The notes under the pieces are model-generated. The model saw nothing but the letters and a program-made list of their open reading frames with translations. It was not told the origin of the DNA and searched no databases. From Balanoglossus misakiensis (Eukaryota; Animalia; Hemichordata): a stretch of 64,000 nt of DNA. The translations under genes and the position numbers were made by a program. The stretch's first letter is position 1; every line of letters begins with the position of its first letter. The stretch lies in the NCBI GenBank assembly GCA_040954595.2, contig CM082582.2, positions 11,275,483 through 11,339,482 of the forward strand, written 5' to 3'. Below are positions 27,801 to 42,777 of the stretch, piece by piece.

Positions 27801-30800
27801 AACTTTCATACCAGGCCTTAATTTACCGTCTCAGTGCATTTTTAGGTTTTTGTCCTAGTGTCACTATGAGTTGGCTCTCTTATTCCTCACCCGACTTGTC
27901 TCGCTGATGTCAAAATGCTGATCGGAAACAGCACCCCCAGTGGCGAAAGTTGGGAATCTTTTATATGCATCTAAATCATTCCATTTCAGTGCAGCGTAAC
28001 GTGCGGTACTGGCGTGCGGTTTCGGAGAGTCGTGTGTCGTAACAGAGCTACATTCAGCAACATGTTACCGACAGATTGCCAGGGGCCCATACCGGACAAC
28101 AAAGAAAACTGCAAACTGACCACCTGCGAAAGAGGTAAATTGTTTCGTGCTTTTTTTTCTTTTTGATCATGTGTGAGGTAATTTCACCAGCCAGTACATA
28201 TTAAGCGTCGAAACACAACTTCAAAGTGAATGTACATTTTCATCTCCATAGAGACAAATTTACCGGAAGAGGGATACAAGCAGAACTGGTATGCAAAGTA
28301 TTTTAAAATAACACGGAATATGAACCTGTACAACGACTTCAAAAGCAACTACTATCGCGACCACGGATTTGGTCGTGTCAAACAGGAAGATCCTCCAGAC
28401 TGGAAAGGTAAGGTATTCAATGTCGTTGAGGGCTTATGTACTAGATTTCTTATGCGCCTGAAAGATCTTTAGTCATTGCTCTCTTAATAACAGTATTGAC
28501 TGTAGTATGATTTACTTTTTATAACATCCAAATACCTTGTGACAACACTCGTAAACTCTTAAAACTGATATAGGCCTAACAACGAAACGCAGAGATCCCG
28601 TGAGCAGTGCTTGTAAAGTGATATGTTATTTGTACATTCGACATTCCAGGTTTTCTGACATTCAGTTCAACTCCTGATAACAGCGATCTGAGAGATGTCA
28701 TCAAGCTGACGTCATCGGAAATGTCTCACTTCGGTCACCAGGTGGAGGACTTCATCATACAATGCACTTTTGACGAAAAACGCTGCAGCCATGCGTAAGT
28801 TCTAGAGCCTGTTGTCGCCATATCATCCAAGGCTAACCTGGCCGTTGTTCAACAGTGTTAGATGCGCTAACATCTCTCTAGTTAGATCAACTCATACTTG
28901 CCAAAACTCTAAGACCCCAAATTATCTGATTCTCTATGTTCATTGCAGTGACTTCCGTACATTCCAACATGACATATATGGGAACTGTTTTACTTTTAAT
29001 CACGGCATGAACCATACAGTTATACGAGAATCCAAGAGGCCGGGACCACAGTACGGTATGTTGGCTACGATTCCTTTCTAATTGTTAACCAGGTACTAAA
29101 ACAGTCACATCTCCTACGATCCGGTATATGGACTAGTGACACCAGATATATGTAACACTGATATACTCTCACTTCTTACACCTCCCTAGGCCTCAAACTG
29201 ACCATATTCCTCGAACAACACGAATACATACCGTTGTACGGACAGGAAGCCGGTGTGAGGGCGCTGATCCATTCACCGGACATCACGCCATTCCCAGAGG
29301 ATGACGGGATAACGGTCAAACCCGGTGTCAAAACAGCCATTGCAATAAGACAGGTAGATAGCAGTATATTATGTATTTCAGACACAAATTACACGCCATT
29401 GTAAACACAGTGGTGATATGCAGTTTCAAGCCACGATATGCACGTATTATATTTGCCCACTTTAATGAACCATTTCCAAGTACATGCATAATGTCATAAC
29501 TGATGAGGCTTGGTCAAACCAGCAATATACAATCCGGCAAATGAATAATATGACAGTTAATAAATATTAAAGTTATTGATAATCGTATTTCGCTTGTTAC
29601 GTCCATGATAGGTCACGATAGCCAGGAAAGGTTACCCGTACGGAAACTGCTCCAATGTTCTGAACGATGAAACTACCAGTATATTTCCTCAATTTTATAA
29701 TTATTCTTCTTTGGTAAGTGCAAATGTAAATATTAGACTGACTGACTGACTGACTACATGACAGCACCCCATTCTGCATTAAAGCCTTCGTTCTATGCAA
29801 AACAATGCAGGTCAGTGATGTGAAACAAATATTACGTAACAAGACAATCTTTGGGGCTTCTTCTCACGCAGGCATGCCAGAAAACGTGTCTTCATCGCTC
29901 CATCGAGAAAGAATGCGATTGCGTAGACACAATGCTTATGAACAACACACGGTGTAAGTTGTTGGACAAGGATCAGGGTGAGCAGCGTCAACTTGCCTAG
30001 CGGACAAACATTTATTCCATTTTATATGCATGCTCTTTGAACGATAACATAAAAATAGTAGACTCTACAAGATTTCCCCATATTAAAGGACTGGCACGAA
30101 ATACAGACACGTGGTTCCGCATAAGAGTAAACAAAACCATTGTTCAGTTCACCTTAAATGAACATTTGCTGTTTCTATTTTCAGAGCTATGCAAGCAGCT
30201 GATGGCGTATTTTTACCAGTCTGGCGTTTTGCCGTGCGATTGTAAAGTTCCGTGCCGGTAAGCTGTTCCACTAACACTATAATTTGGAAGGTCGAAAATT
30301 TATATTCACGAATTATGAGCAAAATTGTTGACATAGCACCAAATGGCCATTATGTGTTTTGCTGCTGTTAGAAATCATCTCCATGCATCAGAAACTACAC
30401 TGAGAAAAGTACGGTCATTCACAGATGACATTTTGTAAAAACACTCTAATAATAGGTAAAGTGCCAGCGTTTTGCGCTTGATAAAATATTATTTTGACCT
30501 TTAGGCATCGATTATAATGCTGTTCTTATTTTGGAGTCGTAACGTGTTGCATTGTGAACGGCTTTCGAACCTGGCCTGCGAAATTAATTATAAGAGACGT
30601 GCCACGTGACTAAACAGTCTGTTGCCTGTCTTTGTATGAAATAATGGGGTGTAACACAACTTTCTGTGTGTATCATGTGTTGTCACGAACGTACATCACA
30701 GGCTACCTGAACCCGTTAGATTACGGTTTACATCTCACATTTCCGTGTTCTTTTTTTCAATAAAAAGAGAAATGACGTACCAAAGCACAATATCGCAATC

Positions 30801-32028
30801 GTTATGGCCTTCCAACACATATGTGGTAAGTATGCTGTGCATCTCTGAGAAATGGGAGAACTTTGCCCAGTGTTTATTCGACAGTATTTTGACTTTGACT
30901 TATATTCAGATCAAGGTCGTCTACAGCAGATAAACTTTACATTGGTTATTTTTAATCGATCGACAATATAGCCATTCAAACATGCGATTCGATTCCCATG
31001 AATAAGAATCATGCTGATTGAGCACTGACAAAATTGTTATTTTCTATTTTTATACAGAGCGGTTTAATTCAAGAACTTCGTCATATAAATCCCAAGGTGA
31101 CGAGAACCGTGGTGGATGGCCGATCAGCAAGGTACAGTGCATTGTTTATACGTTGTCCATATATGTCAAATCCTTTTAACCCTTTCACCACCAGTTCCCT
31201 CTATTGAGGTCCACCTTTACCATAGAAAACGATGGATTTGGACCAAACCATGGTGGTGAATTAAGCCCTTGAATAATAACACGCTGTCATTCCTGCTTGT
31301 GATGGCAGTCTGGTTGATAAAGTGACGAATACACAAATACGTCACTTACATGTGGATAATTGTGATTCCACTATTTTTAACATTTGATTTATTTGCTCCA
31401 CAGAGAAAATCTGGTCAACCTTGAAGTCTATTTCGAGGGTTTGAACTATCATAGTACAATCGAAACAATCGCCTACACGGTGAGTTCAATTTAATAACAA
31501 GGTGAAAATTTCAAATAGCGAGATGGCATGCAGATAATCAACTCTCATGAGTTTGCATGTCAGATGACTTTGCCGCGAAAAGAAACCCTCTCGTGACAGC
31601 GATTAAAATCCGTTGAATTTGCTGTTAATAATTTCTGTTAAACACCAATGCGTCATGGTATCATCGTGACGTCAGAAGATGTCACTGTTGGTCAGGAGCA
31701 CACATAATTTATGCGCGAGAAAACGCGCATCGGGCATAGAGAGGCAGACACAATTAAACATAACTGCAGGTACTTATGAAGAGATAAAAATATAGCTGCA
31801 TAGCGAGATAACGGCGTTTGCAAGTAGACCTAACAAGAGCATCCCGTTCCCCTGTGCCTCCCGGTTCTTGTCTGTCAACAGATAGAAGAGCTGTTAGGCG
31901 ACGTGGGCGGACTGATGGGCTTGTTCATCGGACTGTCGGCAGTCACGGTCTTCGAGTTCATCGAGTTCCTATTGGACCTGGTGTACTACGTCACCGTGCG
32001 ATTTCGTCTCATCGGTCAGGTGTACTGA
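21886..32028 (+). CDS. DEG/ENaC (amiloride-sensitive Na+ channel family) subunit A with LDLa x3-CUB-TSP1-CUB-TSP1 insert, 21 coding exons
   Basis: Exon 1 (21886-22372): TSCHGLPRI (HG motif), TM1, FPAVTLCNTN. Insert exons 23260-28134. Then [45 protein letters not shown], thumb cysteines, WPS, LEVYFEGLNY, and TM2 LLGDVGGLMGLFIGLSAVTVFE. TGA 32026-32028. Confidence 0.93.
23260..28134 (+). other. Inserted extracellular module exons of channel A (3 LDLa, CUB, ADAMTS-type TSP1, CUB, TSP1)
   Basis: LDLa exons 23260-23382, 24092-24214, 24514-24642 (CDG..C....SDE.NC pattern). CUB 25278-25891 (IYSPMYP, FCG, GRGYSAEY). TSP1 WRVEPWGE|CSVTCGGGVKTRAVIC. CUB 27137-27758. TSP1 WHVGKWSE|CSVTCGTGVRFRRVVC. Confidence 0.9.
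27355..27448. mobile_element. 94-bp palindromic MITE, hAT-like, in an intron of channel A
   Basis: Near-perfect hairpin TAGTCTCGGTTACCCAGACTGCACTT ... AAGTGCAGTCTGGGTAACCGAGATTA, flanked by an 8-bp direct repeat TCATGGCG (27347-27354) / TCACGGCG (27449-27456) with one mismatch. Confidence 0.85.
31176..31264. mobile_element. piggyBac-like (TTAA) MITE remnant, with a related one-ended fragment at about 2738-2774
   Basis: TTAA-CCCTTTCACCACCA ... TGGTGGTGAA-TTAA (right end truncated). The Kelch intron copy ATGGACTTGGACTAAACCATGGTGGTGAAAGGG-TTAA supplies the full right end. Confidence 0.7.
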
Positions 32029-35000
32029 AGGGACTGTGGGTATCCCCCGAGTATATACCTGTGCTGCGATACAAGCAGCGGTGGTCGAGTTCATGTGACG
32101 TCACACCCACCGTCACGTCAGCAATATACAGCCACGGACCCTGGCACTTTGTCACAGAGGCCGAGTGGGGACAATTTCGGTCACAGGAGTTTCGTGCTGG
32201 TCAGGAAAAAAAACAGGATTTTGATCCAAATATATCTCTTTCTGTCAGAGTGTACCCTTCCTGTTCTGGAAACCAACTCATACGAAGTGGGAATCGATTT
32301 ACGTTACGGAAAGTGAGCAAAATGAAAGGAAGGACTGCATCGAAGTTTTGTGTAGAGTAGGAAACAACGATTCCTCTGCTTGTGCCGTGAGCTGCACTTA
32401 TACTTGCGCATATATAAAGTAGCTCTTAGTTGACAAAACTGACTGTAATTTAGTGTGGCCAGCTGAGCCTACCATATTCTTTTGCTAATTACTAAGACTT
32501 ATCTCCCATCACGCTTGGATTCCTTGTCAATCGCCTCGAAAGATACAACTGGCGTAATGCATTCATCAAACGAGCCAGCTTCGGAGTCCCACCATATCAC
32601 CTTTTACGCTTCATTTCTGCCACATATCTCATTTCATCCGGGGAGTTTCTCGTACGTTAAACTGCTCTTTCTATATTTGTCTTCAACTATTATATAACAT
32701 AGTATAATATTTTCCACCGATATTAATATTCAGTTTAGTTTCTCGGTTTCTATCTCAGAGTCTGACAGTTCATTACTTATCATTGCTCCTAGTGTTTGTT
32801 AAAGTCCCATATTTCTTGATGTGGGCACTTATATAGGAATAAACACTGACCCTGTGCACGGAACTGTTTATTGGGATATGCGTATGCCCATTTAAGTAAT
32901 ACTTAAGCATGGAATTAGGCCTACCTGTATTTTACGATGTTTTTCACCTATGACGATATTTCAAAGTTAAATGTTCTTATACTCATTTTGAATAAATTTG
33001 CAAAAATATAATGTAATGAATCGTGTGTGGTTGATACATGTGAATTAATCTACTCATGTGAAAATTTTATAGATGAATTGATAAATTATAAATGTAACCC
33101 TATTCACGGAAAACCCTAACTGTTATTTATGTATAATAAACACCAGTTGTTCGTTGTTTAGTCATCTGTGGAATATTGGACCCTAAAATTACTTCGAGAA
33201 ATCGATACTTTTCTTGTGTGTCACCATTTAAATAATTGATGAAATTATAATATTTCCCCGGAATAAAATGACACTGTAATGTTGCTGGGTCATGCTAAAT
33301 TTAGTGTTGTCGACGCGCGTAGTGAGTCGATGCATAGGTCATATACGGGTAGGGTGTATTTCGTATGTTATGCATTGTTGTCGTCAGGGTTCTTGTGATA
33401 TATCAGCGTGTTTGCATAAAATGGTTTAGCCAGTACGATGCGTTAGGACTTTGGTTACTTTTGTTGTGACTGGACGCCAGCCAAGATGAAGGCCCAGACC
33501 AGAACACCAATTTCCATATGTTCACCATTATGTATGCAGTGCGTGGGACGTTATTTGCGGCGGGTCGGGTGTCGCCATGTTCACCAGTGATGTGCGCCTG
33601 GTGACGTATACGAAAGGCCAGCAGCAAAGTCTGATTTTGATCGTCTGCTCTTCTTCTAACAGCTTGGAGTGAATTGTGAAGCATTCTATCCCATGGAAGG
33701 GTAAGTGCCACGCCAGTATTGAACCAGATACCACATAGGTCAAACCCAACCGCATGCGACTCAAAACGTTTCAGTAATGCATGGTTTTGCGCAATTTAAT
33801 TTGACGACGGGTAGGCACCCCGGCCTTGCAAAGTGGACGGTGCATCTAAACTGACAGACATTACGAAAACTACCTTCTAATTTGTAAAGTACTATAATAA
33901 GAAGGACTATCTGCGCCTGTTTAACTCTGCACGACAGAAAATAAATGTTGGTCTTTAGCTTCGCAGTCTTGTGTCCACCATATTAATTAAGATGTAATTT
34001 TAACATCATTTATGGGAATTAAATAACAGGGAATTAAATAACAATGCATTCACATAACCTTCTATTTGGATAATAATATTCCGTCAAATAATTAACATGA
34101 ACATGATTTACTCTATCATAAAACTTAGAGTGGCGAAGATACGGTATTTTGAGTAATTGACTCCCATAAATCGAACTAACCATTCTAACTTATAACATAA
34201 GCTAAATGTCCAATACTATGCCTTATATGACATTTGTCTGCACTGCAAGGTCACCGTCCACTTTAGTACAGTTGAACTCATATTGATATCAGAATAAAGT
34301 AATTACTTTTATTTTTAACACTGTTGCCTTCATCGGCGTGATGCACGGACGTTATTAAACCCCTGCAGCCTTTTAACTCCCATACGTGTAAAAAATGGCC
34401 CACGATGACATGTGACACGGGGGAGGAGGAGGCCAGGTGGGCGGAGTCTTTATCCTCCAACAAGGTGCGAGTCAACAATTCAATGGTACATTGTACAGTG
34501 TTGATGGTAGGGATGAATTACATTTGAATATTGGCATCTTCAGGTTGTCGATTCAGGAATATTATGGCGCAGCAGCTGTGATAGCATCTCTGGTAGCAAC
34601 AACTTGCAAGTACTGGGTTTCATCACAAAGACTTAAACTTTTTTCTATGTCCATGACTGTATGGATAACAGTTCAGCGAAAGACACCAATCAATGTTAGC
34701 ACGTGTTTACTCTGTGAGTGTCAGTTTGGTGCATATAGCTGCAGTGTTCTGTGAACACAAAGTTCTTGATTACATCTGTGTCATAGTGTCATATGCCTTC
34801 TACAAGCTTGATATGTTGTAAATGTTATATTTAATCCGTTGATTTAAAAGGGAACTGTCCTTCTCGCCTGTGACCACGCACCATCTGGGGGTGGGAGGTG
34901 GGGTACAATATGTCACCAATTAGGCACACTAACTTCACATGATAAATAACCAGAGCACACAAAATGCTAATAATGTTTTCTTTTCATCGATGGATTTATA

Positions 35001-36030
35001 ATGAAATTCGCATCAGATACGCGTGGGTGATGCTGCATGTACAGTCACGTGATGATCATAAGGGCCGGTTGTCCGAAAGATAAAGGCCCAGTTGTCTTAA
35101 TCTATGCATATGATTCAGAAACTACCCGGCAAAGTCAATCTACCGTGAAAGTGATTTAGATATTTATTGTCACCCAGAAGTACACCATTTTGAAAGAAAT
35201 TTTGCTATCTTCAAAGTGGTTCTACCTCATTTAAAGTTACAGTTCGGTCGGACTGTTATTAAAACAATCTAAATCTATTCGTCAAAAGGGCGTGACGGGT
35301 GTTTCTGAAAGTGCTATCTGTTCACGCAGCATAAATATTTCATCAACAATTTCTATCTGCAGAACATTACATGGCAGTCTTATCTTATCACTCGACAGAT
35401 AACCTTAACGGAAGTTTGGTCATTTTAATTGAAATTTGTTATCTGGTTCATCTAAGTTATACCTCACGTTTTGTCGAAAAAGTAGAATAAGTTTCTTCGA
35501 CACAGTCGGAGAGACAACTAGTGAAACAAACGAAAAGACGGGTGCCCTTGATAAAGACAGAAGTGACGACTCATTCTTCGTATAGCTAAAATCGTATTAT
35601 TTAGATCCACGTTGGACATTTTTATTTTGCAGACATGTGCAAAGCGATTTCAATCATTATTATCGAAAATGTTCATGTATTTTTTACGCCCCCTCCCTTA
35701 ACAAAAACATACACAAAGATTGAAACGTAGGACAAAATTAAGACCTCTACCATCACAGCACATTGTAATAAATCAACTTGATTTATAAATTATTCAAACC
35801 CCACTACAATATTGATTTTAATAATTTATTCTGAATGCAGCGCGTAAGCTTCGGTTAAGATTCAACTGATAACCATAGAAAGGACTTGCAACACACAACA
35901 AAGCAACATCTTTACACAGTATTCCGATAAGGCAGATGAGGCATCAGAATTTTTAATTGTGTTCTCTCGACAGAATCTCCAGGTCCGTCGCTGCTGCTCG
36001 CGGTTGGGATATTGATCCATCCACGGCCTG

Positions 36031-39000
36031 ATGCATCAGTTCTCGTTCACTATTATGACCACATCAGCCTCGCCAGACAGCAACGACTCACCACCGTCGC
36101 CGACCATGGAGACTTTAGGAGACGCCAACGGGTCAGCCGTCACCGCCGACGACGTCACGGATTTTTCGCCGGTGAAAGACGAAAGGGAAGACAAAACCCA
36201 CAAGGAAATTATAAAGGAATTTGTTCGGAGTACCAGTTGTCACTGCCTCCCGAGAATTATCGGCGCCAGATCGACCAAAAGTAGACTTTTCTGGTCAGTT
36301 GTGTTCTGCGCGGCAGTTTTACTTTTTATTGTCCAGGCCAGCAAACTAATAGTTCTGTACGCGTCGTTTGAACTCGCTGTTCGGATTGAGGATGAGACCG
36401 TGCAGAATATATCGTTCCCCGCCGTAACGATATGCAACACTAATAAACTGCGCCTTTCCAAAATCGAAGAAAGCGAGTTTTCAGATTTGGCAAAGACGGA
36501 TCCAGATCATCCAGACACGATACACCGGATGCTTTCATATCCAGGTAGGCACACAATTTAATTGTCTGTGAATATTGTTCTACTAGATTCAGTTCAGTCT
36601 TACAGCCACTGGCATGGTGATGAAGATGACACAGTATTGAGTTTTAATAATTAATGTTGTTAAACCAAATTAGGGTTCTACCTGACCCTAACCGCACACG
36701 TGGAAGAACACCTAGAGCTATTTCCCTCAGCACAGAACTGTCCAGGTGAAATTGTGACTAAAACAATGCACTGTATGACGCCATTGGCCCACTCTACCGA
36801 CTTTTATCTGTCGGGATATGCAAACTAGCTGTCTTAAGTAGGAGTGATTAATATCGGTGATTTAGGACACCATATTAAAAGCAGTCTAATCGAAAATGAA
36901 AATTAGTAGTTACACTTCAATAATGAACAGCCTGAGAACCCATGGACATAGAATTAATCATTGGACACGGGGGGGGGGGGGGGCATCAGGTCACTCTCGA
37001 AACTCACTGTCAATTTTTATTTCACTTCTAATTGCCCAGCACTCAAGTCCACGGATGAATCGCCTGATTCGTGTTTACCTGGCGATTACATGTGCGCCGA
37101 CGGCGAACGTTGTATTAAACCGCACTTGAAATGTGATGGCTATTTCCACTGCTGGGACGGCCTCAGCGACGAAATCAACTGTACTTATCGTAAGTAAGAT
37201 CACCTGTAATCTCGTGTGCTCTGACGAACATCATGGTTATGTAATGTAATGGCCGAGGATGATGGTGATAATGACGAAGACGTAGATACTAGTCCATGGT
37301 GTTTTCTCTGTTTCACTACACTGTTAACCTTCAACACCTCAAATAATATCTAGGCCTGGGCGTGTTGTGAAATATGATAATGTAACTTTTATTATCCAAG
37401 CTCCGTGTCGGTCGGAAGAATTTAACTGTGGCAGAGCAGGTGAATACGGCGTCTGTATCCACGAGGACCGAAGATGTGACGGAGTTCAACATTGTTTCGG
37501 AGGGGAGGACGAGGAAGGCTGCAGTCGCGGTGAGTTTCAAATCGTGATCAGCAAACAATTTCCACTCATAGTGAAATCAAAAAGTCCTACACAGTACTCC
37601 ACACACAAACAAACACCTGCTTCATCAAACTTTCCTTTGGTGTGTTTCCTTCGAAGATTCTTGTACTGCCGGCTTTCTGTGTGACGTCGATCAAAATGGA
37701 AGAGGGACGTGTCTGCCAAACGACAAGGTGTGTGACCGGTTTCCAGACTGCTCGGACCGAACAGATGAATTCGGCTGCAACTACAGTAAGCATACACCTT
37801 CAGAATCTGAAAAAAAAATACACTTTCTAAATTGATAGATTTTTGAATCGGAAAAAATTCATCTGCATATTAAAGACCTCTCGCACCCGTCTGGTATGCG
37901 AGCTACCACAGTGCGAGGGCGCTGTATCTCACCTGTTTTACTGTGCGACTCTTGTTTTTCCACACGTCTCCTCCTTTGTCCCTCTCCTCCCCCAGATGTG
38001 TCATGTGGTAAAGAGTTGACGGCAACCTCGTACCCGGCTTCACTTTACTCGCCGAGATATCCAGAGCCTTACGAGAAAAACGAATCGTGCAAAGTTCACA
38101 TCAACGCGGAAGAGGACAGTTGCATTGAGATCTCCTTCCTGGACATGAACATGGAACAGCACAGCGTATGCAAGAACGACTTCCTCATGGTAAGCAACCC
38201 TCAGCCTTCTCAATATACCTGTCGAATCGATGTACACAGGTCTTGGTTATCAGTGTTCTGTCTCCCTTCTCAAGATCTGGTTCTCACACTGTACAATATA
38301 GAGGGACTGTGGTTATACCACCTTTAGTTTCATGTTTATTTGATCTCTTTCTGCAGATTACAGATGTGCACTTCGAGGAAAACTTCAGCGTCAAACTTTG
38401 CTCTGGTCGCATTCCGGATCGCTGGGTGTCTCTCTCGAATGCCGTGCGCGTTTGGTACCGCACTGACAGCATTCACCATAACCTGGGGTTTCATTTGCAA
38501 TACAAGGCCGTCAAGTGCCCGAGTCCCGGGAATTGGACGACCGGTAATTGGTCTGTGGTAAGTGAACGTTTCAGTCACCGATGTTTTGCAAATAATCCCC
38601 TCCTTTGCCTGAACTTGGATTGAAGTTCTTTGTCTGGCAGATTGTTCTAATGACGCTCCCTCTTATATCTATTATTGTCAAAGTGCTCGGAGGAGTGCGG
38701 TGGTGGAACTCAGTTGAGAGAAGTAAAATGCAAGTTGTCCACGGGAGAGGAGAGGGAGGTCTGCCCGGGAATGATGCCTCAACGACAGAGAACGTGCAAC
38801 ACGCAATTTTGTTTCGGACCGGGTACGCAAATCTATATCAATTATCACGTGCACTTTCTGAAGGCAACCGTCCGAACAGTCAGGTGTGATGTAATTTGAA
38901 TGTCGAGTTGTGAACAATTCCATTGGAGATGCTTTATGAATTTGCATTCTGTTTTTGCAGGCGACATTTGCGGAAAGACAATCAACCACTGTTGTCATCG

Positions 39001-42000
39001 TATTCGTTCGGAGGGATATCTGGAAGGAGGATATGCAAATGGCATCAAATGTTCTTACTTCATCGTCAATCCGAATCCGAAAGGATGTGTCAATATTACA
39101 ATTCAGACAATGTCTCTGGCAGACAGTAAAGGTTGTTCGAAAGATTTCATCAAGGTAAAGCTACAAAACCATCTTGCTTTTTTGCAGTGTTTTGCATTTT
39201 CGAGAAAGTGAATTGATAAATGAATTGTTCGAACTTGACCGATCAATATTTCACCCCCCCCCCCCCCCCCAGTTCGAAGACCTGCAAACGCCGTCTCTCA
39301 CGATGAAATTCTGCGGACAAACGACGGCCACTCAGGACCCAGCATTGCTGTGGAACTCCTACTCGGAGAAAGTCCGAATTACCTTCAACACGGATGGCGA
39401 GAAGCTCGTAGGTTCAGACGAGGATGGCTACCAAATCCGATACGATTTCGTTCCGTGTGGTGTGTGGCACCAGTCGCCATGGAGCAAGGTAAGCTCGCTT
39501 GAAGAAAATTGCTTTGAAAAAAAGGAATGGACCATAGTTACAAGAAATCTGAAGAAAAGCGTGCTGTAACTTCGATGATTCTAGTGACGTTAACCATTAT
39601 TCGTTCGTTATTGTACCCTCTCCAATTCAGTGTACAGTGGCTTGTGGGATAGGAAAGAAATTTCGCAAAGTTAACTGCAGAAGTCGGGCAACCTGGACAA
39701 TCGAGCCGGATTCCTACTGCACGGGTCCGAAGCCCCCGGACACAGAACCTTGCACCGGGCGGGAGGCGTGTGAAGCCCGCTGTAAGTATCACCGAATCTC
39801 AAGTATCATTAATCCTTTTGGAGTTTGCAGTAGTTTAGTTGGTGGATGGTGAGTTTAGTTAAATACTAGTAGGCAGATATTGTTATATATTTTAGAGACA
39901 CTGCTCTGTTCAAAACATGTGAGGATAACTCCTTGTCCGAGTATAGTGTACATAGACAAGATTGAAGAGTATAGCACGAAACAACTAACAAATGCGTGGA
40001 ATGTTTCCTTGCAGCCGCGTTCGTGTATGAATACAAGAAAAACTGGTGCTCAGACAAACTGGGTGTACGTGTTGACGTCAGACTCTGCGAAGAGTTCGAC
40101 CGCCTGTACGCGCAGACCAACAAGTTTTTACACGTGCCGAAGACTAACCCGACTTGGCGAGGTAACAACATATTTAGCTTGGGTGTGCACAGTGCAATAA
40201 CCTGGACATGGTCTGAGTCATTTGTACACATGAATTTTCAAAACACATTTTGACGTTGGCCGCGGAGGTCGTGGTAATTCACCACTTTTGAGCTTTACCT
40301 GAACGTCTCTGGATATATCTTGTGACATCTTGACCTTTAATATTTCATGCTTGACGTTCTTTCAGATTACTTGATATATAGCTCATCGCCTGACTACAGT
40401 GACTTGCGCAGTGTGCTGAAGCTGAACAAAGCCGAGTTGTCAGATTTTGGCCACCAACTTGAAGATCTCGTCATACAGTGCTCATTCAATGAAGAGACAT
40501 GCGACCTTTCAAGGTATGGAGTGTTTTCCAGTATCCAAATTTAGAAAATTGTTGAATGATTCTTATATATATTGTAAGTATAAGTCAAAGGGGACAATCA
40601 GTACAAAGTTCATAGTAGAATAGTCAAAGTTGAATGTCTTATTCACATGATGTTCTCTAGCAAAAAGTAACATACTGAATACAAAACAGTTATGTTTCTG
40701 ATATTACCCATAGGGATTTTATTAGAGTACAGAGTGATGTCTATGGCAACTGTTACACGTATAACCATGGGAGACAGGGCGCCCAGAGAAAATATACTGA
40801 CGGCGAACTTGTTGGGACAGGTTAGTTCACAAACTTGACTTTGCCATTGGGAAACTAAACAAGCCACAAAAGGAGTATTGCTATGTTAGTGTTTCAGAAA
40901 CGGTGTCGTCATGGGAGAACTTCTGTTAATTGTTGATACATGGTGTTTTCAGGTCTGAAGTTGACGTTGTTTATCGAGCAAGACGAGTATGTTCCCCTAT
41001 ATGGACAGGATGCAGGCGTACGAGTTGTCATTCACCCTCCCGAGATCACCCCTTTCCCAGAAGATTATGGCATCAACATACCACCGGGAAGAAAGGGATA
41101 CATTGCAATCAGGAAGGTGGGGGATTATATGATTAGAGGAGTATACTGTTTTAATCCTAAAAGTGACTTGTTATCTGTTTCCAATGATAACGGTTGCATG
41201 CCATTTATTTTTTTAGGACTCATTTGTCATGGAAGGCTCACCATTCCTTGATTGTACTGATCGACGAAAATTCCAGTCCATTTATGGCGAAGATTACGAC
41301 TACTCTGTTGCGGTAGGTCTCGATTCTGTTCCAATGTTTGTTGATTGATTGATTGATGAGGGGAAATGATAGCACGTGATCATCGAAAGACCATGACACT
41401 GGCATATTAACTCTATCGATCCACAGGCCTGCCACAAGTCTGCAGTTAATAAATACATAATGAATATATGCGGGTGTGTGGACACAATTTGGTTGGAGGA
41501 CAAAGGCAACGAGCAGTGCCTTGTTACCAAGGAAACGCAAGGTAAGTCATCTGTAATAAAACGAGACTTCCCGGTGATATTTCGAATAATGTGGCCTATA
41601 TCAATGTTTGCCAAACAGTTCCTAAACCGCGTTTGTTTTTATGTACATATTAAGCGTGCACTTCTTTTTTCAGAACGCTGTAGACAGTTAGTCCGCTTCG
41701 TTTATCGCCGTGGTCTCCTGAAGAATAACTGCCAACAGTCATGTCGGTAGGTGGATGGATGTCACTAAAAGTTTTCAGAATATAAGCTGGATTAAATAAT
41801 TAATACTTAAAAACAGAGGTAAACAACAGTAATATTTTTGTTCATGTTACAGACGAACTCAGTACTCATCAACGGTATCTTTATCGCAGTGGCCATCCAA
41901 TAAGCATATGGTGAGTAGTATTTTAATATTGCTCTGGTCTGTTAAAAACGAACGGTTATAATAACTAAATATGTTACCAATTTGTATGGAAAATATACTT

Positions 42001-42777
42001 CGCTTTTATCCATTTGTTTGTATTAACGTACTTGAAAAAATGCTACTTTGCAGCCGGGTCTGTTTAAGATTCTACGCCCGATCAACCCTAAAGTGCAGGA
42101 AACAGTAGTGGGTGCAGCGTCAGCTAGGTAAGTATATTTGGACTCGCATATCAGCAAATTTTATGAGATCGTCGGAAAATAGAAGAATGGAAGAAGGGGA
42201 GGGGGAGAGAAACTGATTGACTGACTGACTGAGCGACAGTCAAACAGAAATGTAAATGAACATCCATTCTTTCAAAAATTATTCATATTAGATTATGTCA
42301 TCCGTTCTTTTCAGGGATAACCTCTTGTCATTAGAGATTGCCTATGAAGAACCCAACTACCGCAATACTATCAGCAGTCCCAGATACTCGGTAAGGGCCG
42401 TTGTTGTGTGGTTTGCATCTCTCCACTCTAATCAAAAACCAGACGTATTCTATTAACTGATGTCCTAATAAGGCACAATGCATTGTGGGTTGATTTCATC
42501 AAATCCATCATGGCGGAATGATCTGATTTCAGTACTCTGTGATCCGTTCTAGATTGACCAGTTGACTGCTGACATCGGTGGGTTATTCGGCCTGTATCTG
42601 GGCATCTCCCTGATAACAGTGGTCGAATTCATAGAGCTGGTATACGACTTGTACTGCTACTTCATCTCCTGGAAAAGAGTGGACGAGAAAAAGCAGAAGA
42701 CCAAGCAGCGAGATCACAAGAGATATGACCTTGCACCGACCACCGCTGGCCCCGACGAATTTGGAACCCGCGTATAA
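36031..42777 (+). CDS. DEG/ENaC subunit B with LDLa x3-CUB-TSP1-CUB-TSP1 insert, 21 coding exons, HG motif reads HC
   Basis: Exon 1 (to 36544; start could be ATG 36031, 36055 or 36106): TSCHCLPRII, TM1, [10 protein letters not shown]. Insert exons 37040-39781. FGHQLEDLVIQCSFN, YGNCYTYN (40714-40820), GLKLTLFIEQDEY, WPSNKH, TM2 LTADIGGLFGLYLGISLITVVE, ends GTRV*. Confidence 0.92.

Noticed and set aside
31818-32360. 180-aa ORF overlapping the last exon of channel A
   Set aside because: Alternative frame of the TM2 exon plus 3'UTR, non-ATG start, no recognisable motif.
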